DNA of 62,311 nucleotides, the filler included. It is 6 parts of 6 records of this genome, joined end to end, with 100 filler letters (N's around TTAATTAATTAA, not from the genome) between each part and the next. Parts side by side here need not be neighbours in the genome. Positions count along the whole stretch, not along the records: positions 21,307 to 37,484 come from SRR31156797_8610; 5 more parts are not named here. One strand, given 5' to 3'. A program made the translations under genes and the position numbers. Below, piece by piece: positions 21,716 through 33,720 of this stretch; the stretch's first letter is position 1, and every line of letters begins with the position of its first letter. The notes below the pieces were generated by a model. It did no database searches, was not told the origin of the DNA, and was given only the letters and a program-made list of their open reading frames with translations.

Positions 21716-23599
21716 ATGAAAAAGCTGTTTGCCTTAGGGGTTGGGGTTATTGCCGTGCTACTTGCCTTGACGCTCGTCGTCTTTGGGGTCATGCATACTC
21801 GTTATTTCACGCCCTCAGCACAATGGCTCACTCAACAACTTTGGCCAAACCAACTCTCTTTCAGCAAACTTGAATATAACTACCCAACACATTTCACCCT
21901 GCACCAAGTCACGATTGATACCGATGAACAACCCATAAGTTTCGAACAAGTCGATCTGTGGCTGAACCGAAAACTCATTGATAGCAACAAGCTCGTCATT
22001 GACAGCTTGTTACTCGATGGCGCTAACTTTGCCCAAGGGCTGCCTTCCTCAAAATTTATTCGTCCACTGAAGATTCATCAGCTCGCGCTGCATAATGTCG
22101 ACTTTTCCCACAACGGCCTGATAGCTCGAGGCGTAAACCTCCAAGTAAAACAACCAAACTGGTCCACAACTGGTAATGGTTTTCCTTATGGCGAGGTTCA
22201 ACTATCAGCTGAGCAATTTTACTGGCAAGGCGAAGCTTTTAACGACGTATTGCTTGATGCGGATTATAAGCCACAGGGCAGTACGGTATACGGTGCATCA
22301 TTTAAATGGCGTGGCGGAGATATCTCAGGACAAGCAGAACAGTTTGACGATGGCTGGTCACTCATTAACACGACCATCAGTCGTTTAAACATCACCAAAA
22401 GCTTACAACCCACAATCCAACAGTTCGGGATGCTCTCTTCTCGTTATGTTCGTCACATCAACAGTCTAGACATTCTCAATAGCAATATTCACTGGGCTGA
22501 TGTTGAGTTTAACAACCTAGAGGCTTCCGTTGAGAACATAGAGCTCAATGGGTCGCTATGGCAACAAAATGATGGTTACCTGTCCCTCAATGCGGACTCA
22601 ATAACCTGGCGTGGTCAACAATTGGTTGAACCAAGCATCAAGCTCGACTTTTCCCACCAATCAATATCGATTAGTGATTTCGCGAGCGAGATGTTGCAAG
22701 GCAATGTTCAGTTGTCCGGTACAGTGACGCCTGATCGCGTTCATTTCACACAACTCAACATCAATGGCATTAAATGGTTTGCTGAGTCCAAAGACGATTT
22801 GGCTTGGTTGCCACAGCAATGGCCTCAGTTAAACGCTTTATCAATCGATCAATTGGAAATCAATAACGTACAACTCATACAGCTGGTCCATAAACCATTC
22901 TGGCAACTTTCCGGATTATCAGCGGAAGGAAGCCAAAACCAGCTTATTCGCAACAAACAATGGGGATTTTGGAACGGGAAGCTAATACTAAGCGCTAATA
23001 GCGCTAGCTATGGTGATTTAATCAGTACTCAAGGCGTAATAGAGATGAAAAGTGCTGACGGAAAGTGGACACTTAACCGAGCGTTTGTTCCACTCGAAAA
23101 TGGCTACGTTGATGCCACTGCAAGTTGGGACTTTTCCCAACCAAGTTCTCCATGGTCTCTCGCCGTTCATGCCGATGGTCTCCCTTTCCCAGTCATCAAT
23201 TACTTCTTTGAATTACCGTTAAAGCTCGATGGGGTGACAGAATTTGATATTAATGCCGAAGGATTAGCTGGCGACTATTCGATGTTTGCTCACTCTTTAT
23301 CAGGCGAGATCAATGCAAGCTTGCGCGATGGAACCATGGTGATCGAGAAGCCAGACTCTCTGGTTATCCAACCATTTGAAATCGACAATATCCAACTGAC
23401 TGCGGACAGAGGGCGAGTAACGCTAAGCCAAGCGCCTCTCACGGGGGTGGGTTTAAATGCCGATATTTTTGCCCAACTCGATTTAGTCTCACCGGAAGAT
23501 GGGCAATTTAACCTCAACGTGAAGCAAGGATGCGAAAACATTCGCTTCGATATGCTTAACAACCACAAAGAGTTTCAAAACTGCGGTGAAGTCAATTAA
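21716..23599 (+). CDS. AsmA family protein (YicH-like)
   Basis: N-terminal membrane anchor followed by beta-rich repeats. Confidence 0.75.
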   Translation: MKKLFALGVGVIAVLLALTLVVFGVMHTRYFTPSAQWLTQQLWPNQLSFSKLEYNYPTHFTLHQVTIDTDEQPISFEQVDLWLNRKLIDSNKLVIDSLLLDGANFAQGLPSSKFIRPLKIHQLALHNVDFSHNGLIARGVNLQVKQPNWSTTGNGFPYGEVQLSAEQFYWQGEAFNDVLLDADYKPQGSTVYGASFKWRGGDISGQAEQFDDGWSLINTTISRLNITKSLQPTIQQFGMLSSRYVRHINSLDILNSNIHWADVEFNNLEASVENIELNGSLWQQNDGYLSLNADSITWRGQQLVEPSIKLDFSHQSISISDFASEMLQGNVQLSGTVTPDRVHFTQLNINGIKWFAESKDDLAWLPQQWPQLNALSIDQLEINNVQLIQLVHKPFWQLSGLSAEGSQNQLIRNKQWGFWNGKLILSANSASYGDLISTQGVIEMKSADGKWTLNRAFVPLENGYVDATASWDFSQPSSPWSLAVHADGLPFPVINYFFELPLKLDGVTEFDINAEGLAGDYSMFAHSLSGEINASLRDGTMVIEKPDSLVIQPFEIDNIQLTADRGRVTLSQAPLTGVGLNADIFAQLDLVSPEDGQFNLNVKQGCENIRFDMLNNHKEFQNCGEVN

Positions 23600-24521
23600 C
23601 GCTTAGGTTACTAACAATATCTTGGTAGTTAGGTATCAACATGTAGGTGCCGATGAATTCGACCGCATCAACCTCGCCACTTGAAATGGTAACATTAACA
23701 ACAATGCGGGCTTTTCGCCCTGTGGCGAGTCGGTCTAAATCACCACTAATACCATCCAGCGATGTCGAAGCAACAGGATTATGGACCACTGGATGTCGGT
23801 AACGAATACGGCTATCCACCAGCACGATATCGCCTTCAAGACTACGTTCGCGCATCAACAGCCATGCCATTCCCCAGCCCGTTAGTGTAGCCAAAGTAAA
23901 TGCCGAACCTGCGAACATTGTATTGTGTGGGTTTAGGTTGGGATTGATCTGAGCACAGCACTGGAATTGGTAGCCAGTGTATTGCATAACCTTAATGCCC
24001 ATTTTATCACTGATAGGAATTTGAGAGGCCCAGCGCTCCTGTAGCTCAGTGCACCACTCTGGCTTACGCAGCACGTTTGCCATTGGGTCAAGATGCTTGA
24101 CCATTTGCTGGTGACGCACCGGCCCACGTTCATCGCTCAGTTCACCGCGACGCTCAAACCCGTTTTTCTCATAAAACGAAATCGCATCTTCTCGGGCATT
24201 ACAGACTAAACGTTTGGCGCCTTCCTGACGCGCTAATGACTCCAGGGCAACCAAGATCAGAGAACCCATCCCTTTGGCGCGGCGATTGGATTTAACCGCC
24301 ATATAACGAATTTGGCCTTCACTATCAGGGGTAATATAGACTCGTCCAATGGCTATTGGTCTCCCGCGCCCATCAACAATCATCCGATGAAAACTCATCG
24401 GGTCATACTCATCTCGTTCGGAACCAATTGGCATGCGCCAAGGCTCTCGTAGCATTTGCCAGCGGAAGTGATAGTACTTATTGAGCTGATTATCCGTTTT
24501 CGGCGTAATAAGTTTAAACAT
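23592..24521 (-). CDS. yiiD: Bifunctional GNAT / hotdog thioesterase YiiD
   Basis: GQIRYMAV GNAT domain plus NPHNTMFAGS hotdog domain; adjacent to dtd and yihY. Confidence 0.9.
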   Translation of the reverse strand: MFKLITPKTDNQLNKYYHFRWQMLREPWRMPIGSERDEYDPMSFHRMIVDGRGRPIAIGRVYITPDSEGQIRYMAVKSNRRAKGMGSLILVALESLARQEGAKRLVCNAREDAISFYEKNGFERRGELSDERGPVRHQQMVKHLDPMANVLRKPEWCTELQERWASQIPISDKMGIKVMQYTGYQFQCCAQINPNLNPHNTMFAGSAFTLATLTGWGMAWLLMRERSLEGDIVLVDSRIRYRHPVVHNPVASTSLDGISGDLDRLATGRKARIVVNVTISSGEVDAVEFIGTYMLIPNYQDIVSNLSVN

Positions 24522-24584
24522 AGATTCCGTTCCTAAATAATAAAGTCAGCACCACGTGCATTCCAATGCGGGTTCCAACTCAAA

Positions 24585-25019
24585 CTAAACCTGTAACCAG
24601 AAGGTCACGGGCCCATCATTGACTAGTGATACTTTCATGTCTGCAGCAAAACGTCCTCGCTCTGTTGGCAGAACACCTTCACATAAGTCAGAAAAATAAT
24701 CATACAGACGTTCAGCGTCTTTAGGGTGAGCACCTCGAGAAAACCCTGCTCGCGTCCCTTTCTTAGTATCTGCTGGCAAGGTAAATTGAGAAACCACTAG
24801 CACACTGCCACCAATATCTTTCACGCTCAGATTCATTTTTCCGGCGTCGTCTTCAAACACTCGATAAGAGGTAACACGCTCCATTAAGCGTTTCGCTTTC
24901 GCCTCATCATCATCACGCTCGACACCTAGCAATACTAGCAGACCGGCTTCTATCTGGCCGACGACCTCTCCATCGACACGTACTGCTGCTTCACTTACTC
25001 GTTGAATCAACGCTATCAC
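24585..25019 (-). CDS. dtd: D-aminoacyl-tRNA deacylase
   Basis: IQRV, VSQFTL and NDGPVT motifs; GTG start at 25019. Confidence 0.95.
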   Translation of the reverse strand: MIALIQRVSEAAVRVDGEVVGQIEAGLLVLLGVERDDDEAKAKRLMERVTSYRVFEDDAGKMNLSVKDIGGSVLVVSQFTLPADTKKGTRAGFSRGAHPKDAERLYDYFSDLCEGVLPTERGRFAADMKVSLVNDGPVTFWLQV

Positions 25020-25926
25020 TGGAACGACTCTCTTTCTTTTCTTGTTCATTAAAGGAAGATGAGTTTAACACGTCTGATTCTTCACTCCAGCATTCACTCT
25101 CGCCCAGTGCAGCAGTAACTTCAGCACCAATCAAAACAATCACCCAGCACAGATAAATCCAAACAAACAAAATGGGGATTGCAGCTAAGGCGCCATAAAT
25201 CAACTGATACGAAGGGAAATGAGTGATATAAGCCGCGAATGCTTTCTTACTCAGTTCAAACAACAATGCTGCAACTAGAGCTCCTGCAAGGGAGTGATAA
25301 ATATAGACCTTTTTATTTGGTACAAGTAAATATAAACCGGAAAAAGCAAAAAACGACAGCAAGAATGGAAGCCAGCGCAAGAACAAATTGTAAACACCCA
25401 CCAGAGCTTCACTATCTATGAGCTTTAGCGATGTGATGTATGACGTCATCGCAATACTCGCGCCTAGAAGCAGCGGGCCAAGCGTCAAAATCATCCAATA
25501 CATTGAAAAAGAAAACACCATACGGCGCTTGTTTTTGACTCGCCAAATGTAGTTTAAATTTTTATCAATGTTAGAAATCAGCATTAACGCAGCAACAAAC
25601 AAAAAACCACCGCCAACTGCGGTCATTTTTGCCGTATTACCGATGAACTCATTCAACGCTGTTCTTACTGCAACGCCAGCCGCCGGAACAAAGTGCTCAA
25701 TGACAAAATCCTGAAGCACCTCTCCGACATTGGAGAATATCTCAAATGAAGACATGATCGACAAAGAGACGGTAAACATAGGCACAATCGACAGCAGAGT
25801 AATGTACGCCAAATACCCAGCATTCACGTTCACGCGATCATGCTTCATTCTGAAGAATAGGTACCGTCCAAACGCATAGGTTTGCTTGAATAAGTGATGT
25901 AACTTCAACGGTAGTCTCATGACCAT
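24991..25926 (-). CDS. yihY: YihY/BrkB family inner-membrane protein
   Basis: [20 protein letters not shown] and LIGAE motifs. Confidence 0.9.
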   Translation of the reverse strand: MVMRLPLKLHHLFKQTYAFGRYLFFRMKHDRVNVNAGYLAYITLLSIVPMFTVSLSIMSSFEIFSNVGEVLQDFVIEHFVPAAGVAVRTALNEFIGNTAKMTAVGGGFLFVAALMLISNIDKNLNYIWRVKNKRRMVFSFSMYWMILTLGPLLLGASIAMTSYITSLKLIDSEALVGVYNLFLRWLPFLLSFFAFSGLYLLVPNKKVYIYHSLAGALVAALLFELSKKAFAAYITHFPSYQLIYGALAAIPILFVWIYLCWVIVLIGAEVTAALGESECWSEESDVLNSSSFNEQEKKESRSSDSVDSTSK

Positions 25927-26034
25927 GTTCTATCTCTATTGTATGTAACGTACTAATTTTAATAGAGTGTAACTCATCTTGCTCGGTCAAAGAGTAACTT
26001 TGCTGTATAAACCTGACAATATACAGAATTCCGA

Positions 26035-26556
26035 TTAATCAAGATGACTTAATACGAACTCGACCCGTTGTGTCGCCGGCATAAATGGAACATCAATACA
26101 GTGATACCCTAACTGCTGGTATGTTTCCACCAGCCGCTGATGAATGTTCAAAGCTTCTTCAAAAGGATATGGACGCACCTCGTCCTGCACGTAAATATCT
26201 TGGTGTGGCTGGCAAACAAACACTTGAGAGCAGTAGCCTTTACTCGCTTCAATATAATGGTCTTCAGGTTGTATTCCTGCTCCTTGCAGGTAACCACAAA
26301 TATCGGGGATAGCTCTATCCAAAAAGGCAATATCATGTGCCTTTGCCGATCTCTTTTGCTCTGCCATCACATCCAGACAGAGAGCAGCAAACCCAACCAT
26401 ATTTTCCCACGGTAAAATGCCGTCTTTAAGTTTACTTTGTTGCTCAATCAGTTCCCGAGAAGACTCTTCAAAAGTAGCATAACCTTGATCAGCCAAAGCT
26501 TGTATCAGTGTTGTTTTCCCTGCACCGGGACCGCCAGTAATAATGATAGGAAGCAC
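26035..26556 (-). CDS. AAA_28/NadR-like P-loop ATPase
   Basis: ITGGPGAGKTT Walker A and DRAIPD motif. Confidence 0.85.
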   Translation of the reverse strand: MLPIIITGGPGAGKTTLIQALADQGYATFEESSRELIEQQSKLKDGILPWENMVGFAALCLDVMAEQKRSAKAHDIAFLDRAIPDICGYLQGAGIQPEDHYIEASKGYCSQVFVCQPHQDIYVQDEVRPYPFEEALNIHQRLVETYQQLGYHCIDVPFMPATQRVEFVLSHLD

Positions 26557-26596
26557 TGTATTTCCTTATTAACAATAGGTAAAAAACTGCAGATAC

Positions 26597-26629
26597 AAAA
26601 AGCCCCCAGCTTACACAGCCAGGGGCTTT
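26597..26629 (-). terminator. Terminator after typA
   Basis: AAAAAGCCCC...GGGGCTTT. Confidence 0.7.
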
Positions 26630-26654
26630 AAAAACGTTAACCGAATTGGGTTAA

Positions 26655-28478
26655 TTAACCACGAGCAGCACGTTTGCGATCGTTTTCCGTTAGGTGACGT
26701 TTACGGATACGGATGCTCTCTGGAGTTACTTCTACTAGCTCGTCATCATCGATGAACTCAAGCGCTTGCTCTAGCGTGTACTTAATTGCAGGAGTAAGAA
26801 CCTGTGCTTCATCAGTACCTGATGCACGTACGTTCGTTAGCTGTTTACCTTTAAGACAGTTTACTGTCAGGTCGTTTGAACGGTTGTGAATACCGATAAC
26901 CTGCCCTTCATAAACTTCGTCAGCGTGCTCAGTAAATAGACGACCACGCTCTTGTAGGTTAAACAGTGCGTAAGTCAGAGCTTTACCTGTTGCGTTAGAA
27001 ATCAATACGCCGTTTACACGTTGACCAATTTCACCGCCTTTGTGTGGCGCGTAGTGATCGAACGTATGGTAAAGAAGACCAGAACCAGAAGTCAGAGTTA
27101 GGAACTCAGTTTGGAAACCGATCAGACCACGAGATGGCATAACGAAGTCTAGACGAACACGGCCTTTACCATCTGGAGACATATCTTTCAGCTCGCCTTT
27201 ACGCATGCCGATTTTCTCCATGATGCCGCCCTGGTGCTCTTCCAACACGTCAATCGTTACTGTTTCAAACGGTTCCATTAGCTGGCCGTCTTCTTCTCTG
27301 AGAATTACTTCTGGACGAGATACTGCAAGCTCGAAACCTTCACGACGCATATTCTCGATAAGAATAGACAGGTGAAGTTCACCACGACCAGATACACGGA
27401 ATTTATCTGGATCGTCAGTTTGCTCAACGCGCAGTGCTACGTTGTGTACCAGTTCTTTCTCAAGACGCTCAAGGATGTTACGTGAAGTTACGAATTTACC
27501 TTCTTTACCCGCGAACGGAGAAGTGTTTACCTGGAACGTCATAGTTACTGTTGGTTCATCAACACTTAAAGCTGGTAGAGCTTCAACTGTGTTTACATCA
27601 CAGATAGTGTCAGAGATTTTCAGCTCGCCAAGACCGGTAATCGCAACAATGTCACCCGCTGTCGCTTGCTCAGCTTCTGTACGCTGTAGACCTAGGTAAC
27701 CAAGTACTGTACCAACTTTACCGTTACGTTTCTTGCCATCAGCGCTGATAACTGTCACTTGCTGGTTTGGTTTCACTGTACCGCGAGTTACACGGCCAAC
27801 ACCGATTACACCAACGTATGAGCTGTAATCAAGCTGAGAAATTTGCATTTGCAGTGGACCTTCAAGGTCTACTTGAGGTGGTTCTACGTTATCAACGATA
27901 GCTTGGAACAATGGTTCCATGTTTTCGCCAGTCTCACCTTCTTCCAGAGTCGCCCAGCCGTTTAGTGCAGATGCATAAACCACTTGGAAATCTAGCTGTT
28001 CATCAGTTGCACCTAAGTTGTCGAACAGGTCGAATACTTGGTCCATAACCCAATCAGGACGAGCACCTGGACGGTCAATTTTGTTGATAACGACGATTGG
28101 CTTCAAGCCATGAGCAAATGCTTTTTGTGTAACGAAGCGAGTTTGTGGCATCGGGCCATCAACTGCATCAACAATCAGACACACACAGTCAACCATAGAC
28201 ATGATACGCTCAACTTCACCACCGAAGTCTGCGTGTCCTGGAGTATCTACGATGTTGATTCGGTAGTCGTTCCAGTTGATCGCTGTGTTCTTAGCCAGAA
28301 TCGTGATACCACGTTCTTTTTCGATGTCATTCGAGTCCATGACTCGCTCTTCGATGTCACCGCGAGACTCTAACGTACCCGATTGTTGAAGTAGTTTATC
28401 GACAAGGGTAGTTTTACCGTGGTCAACGTGCGCGATGATCGCGATATTTCTTAATTTATCAATTTGTGGAGTAGCCAT
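26655..28478 (-). CDS. typA: Translational GTPase TypA/BipA
   Basis: [17 protein letters not shown] and NKID motifs; ATG at 28478 (MATPQ). Confidence 0.97.
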   Translation of the reverse strand: MATPQIDKLRNIAIIAHVDHGKTTLVDKLLQQSGTLESRGDIEERVMDSNDIEKERGITILAKNTAINWNDYRINIVDTPGHADFGGEVERIMSMVDCVCLIVDAVDGPMPQTRFVTQKAFAHGLKPIVVINKIDRPGARPDWVMDQVFDLFDNLGATDEQLDFQVVYASALNGWATLEEGETGENMEPLFQAIVDNVEPPQVDLEGPLQMQISQLDYSSYVGVIGVGRVTRGTVKPNQQVTVISADGKKRNGKVGTVLGYLGLQRTEAEQATAGDIVAITGLGELKISDTICDVNTVEALPALSVDEPTVTMTFQVNTSPFAGKEGKFVTSRNILERLEKELVHNVALRVEQTDDPDKFRVSGRGELHLSILIENMRREGFELAVSRPEVILREEDGQLMEPFETVTIDVLEEHQGGIMEKIGMRKGELKDMSPDGKGRVRLDFVMPSRGLIGFQTEFLTLTSGSGLLYHTFDHYAPHKGGEIGQRVNGVLISNATGKALTYALFNLQERGRLFTEHADEVYEGQVIGIHNRSNDLTVNCLKGKQLTNVRASGTDEAQVLTPAIKYTLEQALEFIDDDELVEVTPESIRIRKRHLTENDRKRAARG

Positions 28479-28733
28479 GGATTTTGCTTCACTTATATAC
28501 ACAAAATGGCCCGTCTCTACAGGATATAAAGACGTAGCCTTAATTTGGTTCAAAAAACGGGCAATAATGTACCAGATTTTGGCGAAAAACCTAGGAATAT
28601 GTGATCCATCACGCTGATTTTCGCTCTATTTAGCCTAGTTGCTAAAGTGATTTAAAACAAACAATCCAATATTAAAAGTATTTAGGGCTAGAAAATGTCG
28701 CCAATGATTGGTTGAATAACATCCGGTTTGATA

Positions 28734-28875
28734 GATAATGGTGCACCCCTATTAACATTGCACCAAAATAAACCAGACAAGGATCATTTTGGTGCAACAA
28801 CAAGCACCAAAAAAAACATAACGGCAATAACATACTGATCTATATGGGCTTAAATTTTTGGCACGAATATAGCTA
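28734..28875 (+). promoter_or_regulatory. glnA sigma-54 promoter with NtrC enhancer half-sites
   Basis: TTGGCAC-N5-TAGC with GG at 28860-61 and GC at 28872-73; several upstream TGGTGCA/TGCACCA half-sites. Confidence 0.85.
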
Positions 28876-28980
28876 GTATGTATGCAACATCGATTGAGAT
28901 GGGTTTAAGCACCGATTGATGCAAGAAACTAATTTTGATTCGAGCCCAAATCGCTTTATTAACACTGGAGGTTATCCGAG

Positions 28981-30390
28981 ATGTCAGTAGAAAACGTTCT
29001 ATCGCTGATTCAAGAAAACGAAGTTAAGTTTGTGGACCTACGTTTCACAGATACAAAAGGTAAAGAGCAACACATTTCTATCCCTGCTCACCAAATTGAT
29101 GCAGACTTCTTCGAAGAAGGTAAAATGTTCGATGGTTCATCAGTTGCTGGCTGGAAAGGAATTAACGAATCTGACATGGTAATGATGCCTGACGCTGCAT
29201 CTGCTGTGCTAGACCCGTTCACTCAAGATGCGACACTGAACATCCGTTGTGACATCCTAGAACCTGCAACTATGCAAGGTTACGACCGTGACCCTCGCTC
29301 TATCGCGAAACGCGCTGAAGACTACATGCGTTCAACAGGTATCGCAGATACAGTTCTTATCGGTCCTGAGCCAGAATTCTTCCTATTTGACGATGTTAAA
29401 TTCTCAACTGACATGTCAGGCTCTTTCTTCAAAGTCGATGACGTAGAAGCTGCATGGAACACTGGTTCAGAATACGAAGATGGTAACAAAGGTCACCGTC
29501 CAGGCGTTAAAGGTGGTTACTTCCCAGTAGCTCCAGTTGACTCTTCTCAAGATATCCGTTCTGCAATGTGTCTAATCATGGAAGAAATGGGTCTTGTTGT
29601 TGAAGCTCACCACCATGAAGTTGCTACTGCAGGTCAGAACGAAATCGCAACTCGTTTTAACACGCTAACAACAAAAGCGGATGAGATCCAAATTTACAAG
29701 TACGTTGTACATAACGTTGCTCACTCATACGGTAAAACAGCGACTTTCATGCCTAAACCACTTGTTGGCGACAACGGTTCTGGTATGCACGTTCACCAAT
29801 CTCTAGCAAAAGACGGTGTTAACCTATTTGCTGGCGACAAGTACGGCGGCCTTTCTGAAACTGCGCTTTACTACATCGGCGGTATCATCAAACACGCTCG
29901 TGCTATCAACGCATTTGCTAACCCAGCAACTAACTCGTACAAGCGTCTTGTACCAGGCTTTGAAGCTCCAGTTATGCTTGCATACTCTGCACGTAACCGT
30001 TCTGCTTCTATCCGTATCCCAGTGGTACCAAGCCCTAAAGCACGCCGTATCGAAGTTCGTTTTGGTGACCCAGCAGCGAACCCATACCTAGCATTTGCAG
30101 CAATGCTAATGGCTGGTCTTGACGGTATTAAGAACAAGATCCACCCTGGCGAAGCGATGGATAAAGACTTGTACGACCTACCAGCAGAAGAAGCAGCTGA
30201 AATCCCAACAGTTGCAGAATCTCTACAAGGCGCACTAGCTGAACTAGACGCAGACCGTGAGTTCCTAACATCTGGCGGCGTATTCTCTGACGACTTCATC
30301 GATTCTTACATCGGTCTGAAATCTCAAGACGTACAACGTGTGAACATGGCTACTCACCCACTAGAGTTCGAACTATACTACTCTGTATAA
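28981..30390 (+). CDS. glnA: Glutamine synthetase type I
   Basis: [21 protein letters not shown]...NGSGMH and NSYKRLVPG motifs. Confidence 0.98.
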   Translation: MSVENVLSLIQENEVKFVDLRFTDTKGKEQHISIPAHQIDADFFEEGKMFDGSSVAGWKGINESDMVMMPDAASAVLDPFTQDATLNIRCDILEPATMQGYDRDPRSIAKRAEDYMRSTGIADTVLIGPEPEFFLFDDVKFSTDMSGSFFKVDDVEAAWNTGSEYEDGNKGHRPGVKGGYFPVAPVDSSQDIRSAMCLIMEEMGLVVEAHHHEVATAGQNEIATRFNTLTTKADEIQIYKYVVHNVAHSYGKTATFMPKPLVGDNGSGMHVHQSLAKDGVNLFAGDKYGGLSETALYYIGGIIKHARAINAFANPATNSYKRLVPGFEAPVMLAYSARNRSASIRIPVVPSPKARRIEVRFGDPAANPYLAFAAMLMAGLDGIKNKIHPGEAMDKDLYDLPAEEAAEIPTVAESLQGALAELDADREFLTSGGVFSDDFIDSYIGLKSQDVQRVNMATHPLEFELYYSV

Positions 30391-30433
30391 TTCGCCTTAG
30401 TGTGTAAGATGTAACTCGTATTACATGTATATT

Positions 30434-30461
30434 AGGCTCGCCTCGCAGGCGGGCCTTTTTT
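30434..30461 (+). terminator. Terminator after glnA
   Basis: AGGCTCGCCT-CGC-AGGCGGGCCTTTTTT. Confidence 0.8.
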
Positions 30462-30532
30462 ATATTTTGCTCCACACAAAACCTCTCTAGCATAAAACAA
30501 CTCTGTTTGATGAACATTGTGGAGAGTGAGAG

Positions 30533-31033
30533 TTGGCGCGCTATCTATTGCTAATCAGTCTATTGCTGAGCACTCCTTTAGCAAGTCGGGAGATCTATAC
30601 CTGGATTGACGAACATGGGGTGAGGCATATTTCTGATACCCCCTCAAATAATGGTTCAACAATTCGAATCCTACCTGAGTATCCCACTATCACCTCAGAT
30701 GTGTCAGCCATCCCCAAATCGAATAAAGAACCGAATCTCCAACCGCCTTTGTTGATAAACATTACATCGCCCACTCATGGTGAAACGATCCGTGATAATA
30801 CGGGCGAAGTGACGGTCAAAATAGAGCTCAGTCGCGAGTTAATGGCGCATGAACAACTGCAATTGTTGATGGACAAACAACCTGTTGGTGCACCAAGCAC
30901 CAAAACGGTGTGGCTATTAACAAATTTGGAACGAGGAGCTCATCGCTTTTCAATTCAGTTAGTTGTAAGCGGCAAGGTTATTGCATCAAGCTCTTTAGTA
31001 ACGGTATATCTTCATCAGGCGTCCGTGAATTAG
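30533..31033 (+). CDS. DUF4124 domain exported protein
   Basis: Signal peptide, IYTWIDEHGVRHISDTP motif and Ig-like C-terminus. Confidence 0.82.
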   Translation: MARYLLLISLLLSTPLASREIYTWIDEHGVRHISDTPSNNGSTIRILPEYPTITSDVSAIPKSNKEPNLQPPLLINITSPTHGETIRDNTGEVTVKIELSRELMAHEQLQLLMDKQPVGAPSTKTVWLLTNLERGAHRFSIQLVVSGKVIASSSLVTVYLHQASVN

Positions 31034-31104
31034 CCTAGAAAAGAACTAATAAGCCTGATTTCACAAGGTGTTTTGCTTTTTCTTTGTTTACCGTTGCGCC
31101 ATAC

Positions 31105-31133
31105 TTGACATAGTAACGCACTAAATTGGTGCG
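31105..31133 (+). promoter_or_regulatory. glnL promoter with overlapping NtrC site
   Basis: TTGACA at 31105 followed by the palindrome GCACTAAATTGGTGC (31118-31132). Confidence 0.75.
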
Positions 31134-31168
31134 TTGCATTAAATTGGAACACGGACAAGGAAGAAACT

Positions 31169-32215
31169 GTGAGTGCGGAACTGAGTCATACCATTTTAAA
31201 CAACGTCGTAACCGCGACACTGATGTTGGATGAGTTACTGTGCGTTCGTTACGCGAATCCAGCCGCAGAACAACTGTTTTCTCAAAGCGCTAAACGCATT
31301 ATCGATCAGCCTCTTTCCAAGCTAATTCAGCATGCTTCTATGGATCTGGCGTTGCTCACCCAGCCACTGCAAAGCGGTCAAAGCATTACTGATAGTGATG
31401 TCACTTTCGTCGTTGATGGAAAACCTTTGATGCTCGAAGTGACCGTTAGTCCAATGTCTTGGGACAAAGACTTGTACCTGTTGGTCGAAATGCGCCGTAT
31501 TGGTCAACAGCGAAGATTAACTCAAGAGCTAAACCAACATGCTCAGCAACAAGCTGCTAAGTTATTAGTTCGAGGGCTCGCACACGAAATTAAAAACCCT
31601 CTGGGTGGATTACGCGGCGCTGCACAGCTACTCGAACGCATGCTGCCAGACCAAAGTCTAGCGGAATATACTCAAATCATTATTGAGCAAGCTGACCGAC
31701 TTCGAGCACTGGTTGATCGCCTGTTAGGTCCGCAGAAACCAGGCAAAAAGCAGTCAGAAAATTTACATCTAATTTTAGAGAAAGTCCGCCAACTTGTTGA
31801 ATTAGAAGGTGGGCCTGAGCTTATTATCGAGAGAGATTACGATCCAAGCCTGCCAGATATTGTTATGGATACCGATCAGATCGAACAAGCATTGTTGAAC
31901 ATTGTCAGTAATGCGGCGCAGATACTGTCAGGACAGAAACACCCACAAATTACGTTGCGCACCAGAACGGTGCACCAAGCTACCATTCAAGGCCAACGAC
32001 ATAAGTTAGTGGCAAGAATAGAGATTATTGATAATGGACCGGGTATCCCAATGGAGTTGCAAGACACCCTATTCTATCCGATGGTCAGTGGCCGCGAAGG
32101 CGGTACTGGCTTAGGTTTATCAATATCTCAAAACCTGATTGATCAGCACAATGGAAAAATTGAAGTAGAAAGCTGGCCAGGTAGAACAACATTCACGATT
32201 TATTTACCTATTTAG
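31169..32215 (+). CDS. glnL: Nitrogen regulation sensor kinase NtrB
   Basis: PAS domain plus LAHEIKNPLGG, DNGPGIP and GGTGLGL motifs. Confidence 0.96.
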   Translation: MSAELSHTILNNVVTATLMLDELLCVRYANPAAEQLFSQSAKRIIDQPLSKLIQHASMDLALLTQPLQSGQSITDSDVTFVVDGKPLMLEVTVSPMSWDKDLYLLVEMRRIGQQRRLTQELNQHAQQQAAKLLVRGLAHEIKNPLGGLRGAAQLLERMLPDQSLAEYTQIIIEQADRLRALVDRLLGPQKPGKKQSENLHLILEKVRQLVELEGGPELIIERDYDPSLPDIVMDTDQIEQALLNIVSNAAQILSGQKHPQITLRTRTVHQATIQGQRHKLVARIEIIDNGPGIPMELQDTLFYPMVSGREGGTGLGLSISQNLIDQHNGKIEVESWPGRTTFTIYLPI

Positions 32216-32254
32216 ACATATTAGTCGCAAGGTTTGCTGTTAAGGAACAAAACT

Positions 32255-33658
32255 ATGAGTAAAGGATACGTATGGGTTGTCGATGACGACAGTTCTATCC
32301 GCTGGGTTATGGAGAAGACCCTTTCATCAGCCAATATCAAGTGCGAAACCTTTTCAGATGCAGAAAGCGTTTTAATGGCTTTAGAGCGCGAGACACCTGA
32401 TGTATTAGTTTCAGATATCCGAATGCCGGGTATTGATGGCATCGAACTTCTTAATCAAGTTCACTCTCGTTCACCAGAACTTCCCGTCATCATAATGACC
32501 GCTCACTCCGATCTCGACGCCGCGGTAAACGCGTATCAAAAAGGAGCATTTGAGTACTTACCTAAACCTTTTGACGTGGATGAAACGCTAACCTTGGTTG
32601 AACGAGCAATTGCTCATGGTCAAGAACAACGCAAAGAGCAGTCTAACCAACTAGAACAGCCCTACGATTCACCTGAAATTATTGGTGAAGCACCGGCTAT
32701 GCAAGAGGTCTTCCGTGCAATAGGACGACTTTCTCGCTCTTCTATCTCAGTGCTAATCAACGGAGAGTCAGGCACAGGTAAAGAGCTGGTAGCGCATGCG
32801 CTGCATCGCCATAGCCCAAGAGCTCAAAAACCATTTATCGCGCTGAACATGGCTGCGATTCCGAAAGATCTGATCGAATCAGAGCTTTTTGGTCATGAGA
32901 AAGGAGCTTTCACAGGCGCAAATAATGTACGCCAGGGACGATTTGAACAAGCAAATGGCGGTACTCTGTTTCTGGATGAAATCGGCGATATGCCATTAGA
33001 TATCCAAACACGCTTGCTTCGTGTATTGGCTGACGGCCAGTTTTATCGTGTGGGTGGTCATTCTGCCATTAAAGTGGATGTTAGGATTGTCGCAGCTACA
33101 CACCAAAATTTAGAGAAACTGGTTCATCAGGGCAAATTTCGTGAAGACTTGTTCCATCGTTTGAATGTAATAAGGATCCAGATTCCATCTTTACGTGAAC
33201 GCCGTCAAGATATAGAAAAGCTGACTCAACATTTCCTCGCTCTCGCCGCAAAAGAACTAGGCGTCGAGATGAAAACCCTTCATCCTAAAGCAGTAGAAAT
33301 TCTAAATCGGTTAGATTGGCCAGGTAACGTTCGTCAGTTGGAAAATATGTGTCGCTGGCTTACTGTGATGGCTAGTGGGTCTGAAGTTCTACCGAGTGAC
33401 CTGCCGTCAGAGCTACTATCTGAGAAGAAATCTGTCGATTTCGATAACGACACGAGTTGGCAGAAACAGCTAGAGTCATGGGCAAAAACAGCATTAGCAT
33501 CAGGTGAAACTGAAATTCTTTCTTACGCACTACCTGAATTTGAACGTATACTCTTAGAAGCGGCACTACACCATACTAATGGTCATAAACAAGATGCTGC
33601 AAAAGTACTAGGCTGGGGACGTAACACGCTTACAAGGAAACTCAAAGAGCTGTACTAA
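32255..33658 (+). CDS. glnG: Nitrogen regulation response regulator NtrC
   Basis: Receiver domain plus [14 protein letters not shown] and Fis-type HTH; ATG at 32255. Confidence 0.97.
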   Translation: MSKGYVWVVDDDSSIRWVMEKTLSSANIKCETFSDAESVLMALERETPDVLVSDIRMPGIDGIELLNQVHSRSPELPVIIMTAHSDLDAAVNAYQKGAFEYLPKPFDVDETLTLVERAIAHGQEQRKEQSNQLEQPYDSPEIIGEAPAMQEVFRAIGRLSRSSISVLINGESGTGKELVAHALHRHSPRAQKPFIALNMAAIPKDLIESELFGHEKGAFTGANNVRQGRFEQANGGTLFLDEIGDMPLDIQTRLLRVLADGQFYRVGGHSAIKVDVRIVAATHQNLEKLVHQGKFREDLFHRLNVIRIQIPSLRERRQDIEKLTQHFLALAAKELGVEMKTLHPKAVEILNRLDWPGNVRQLENMCRWLTVMASGSEVLPSDLPSELLSEKKSVDFDNDTSWQKQLESWAKTALASGETEILSYALPEFERILLEAALHHTNGHKQDAAKVLGWGRNTLTRKLKELY

Positions 33659-33720
33659 TAACAATAAAAGGCAGTCTCTTTCGTAGGCATCATGAATAGT
33701 GCTTTGTATAAGATTGGGAT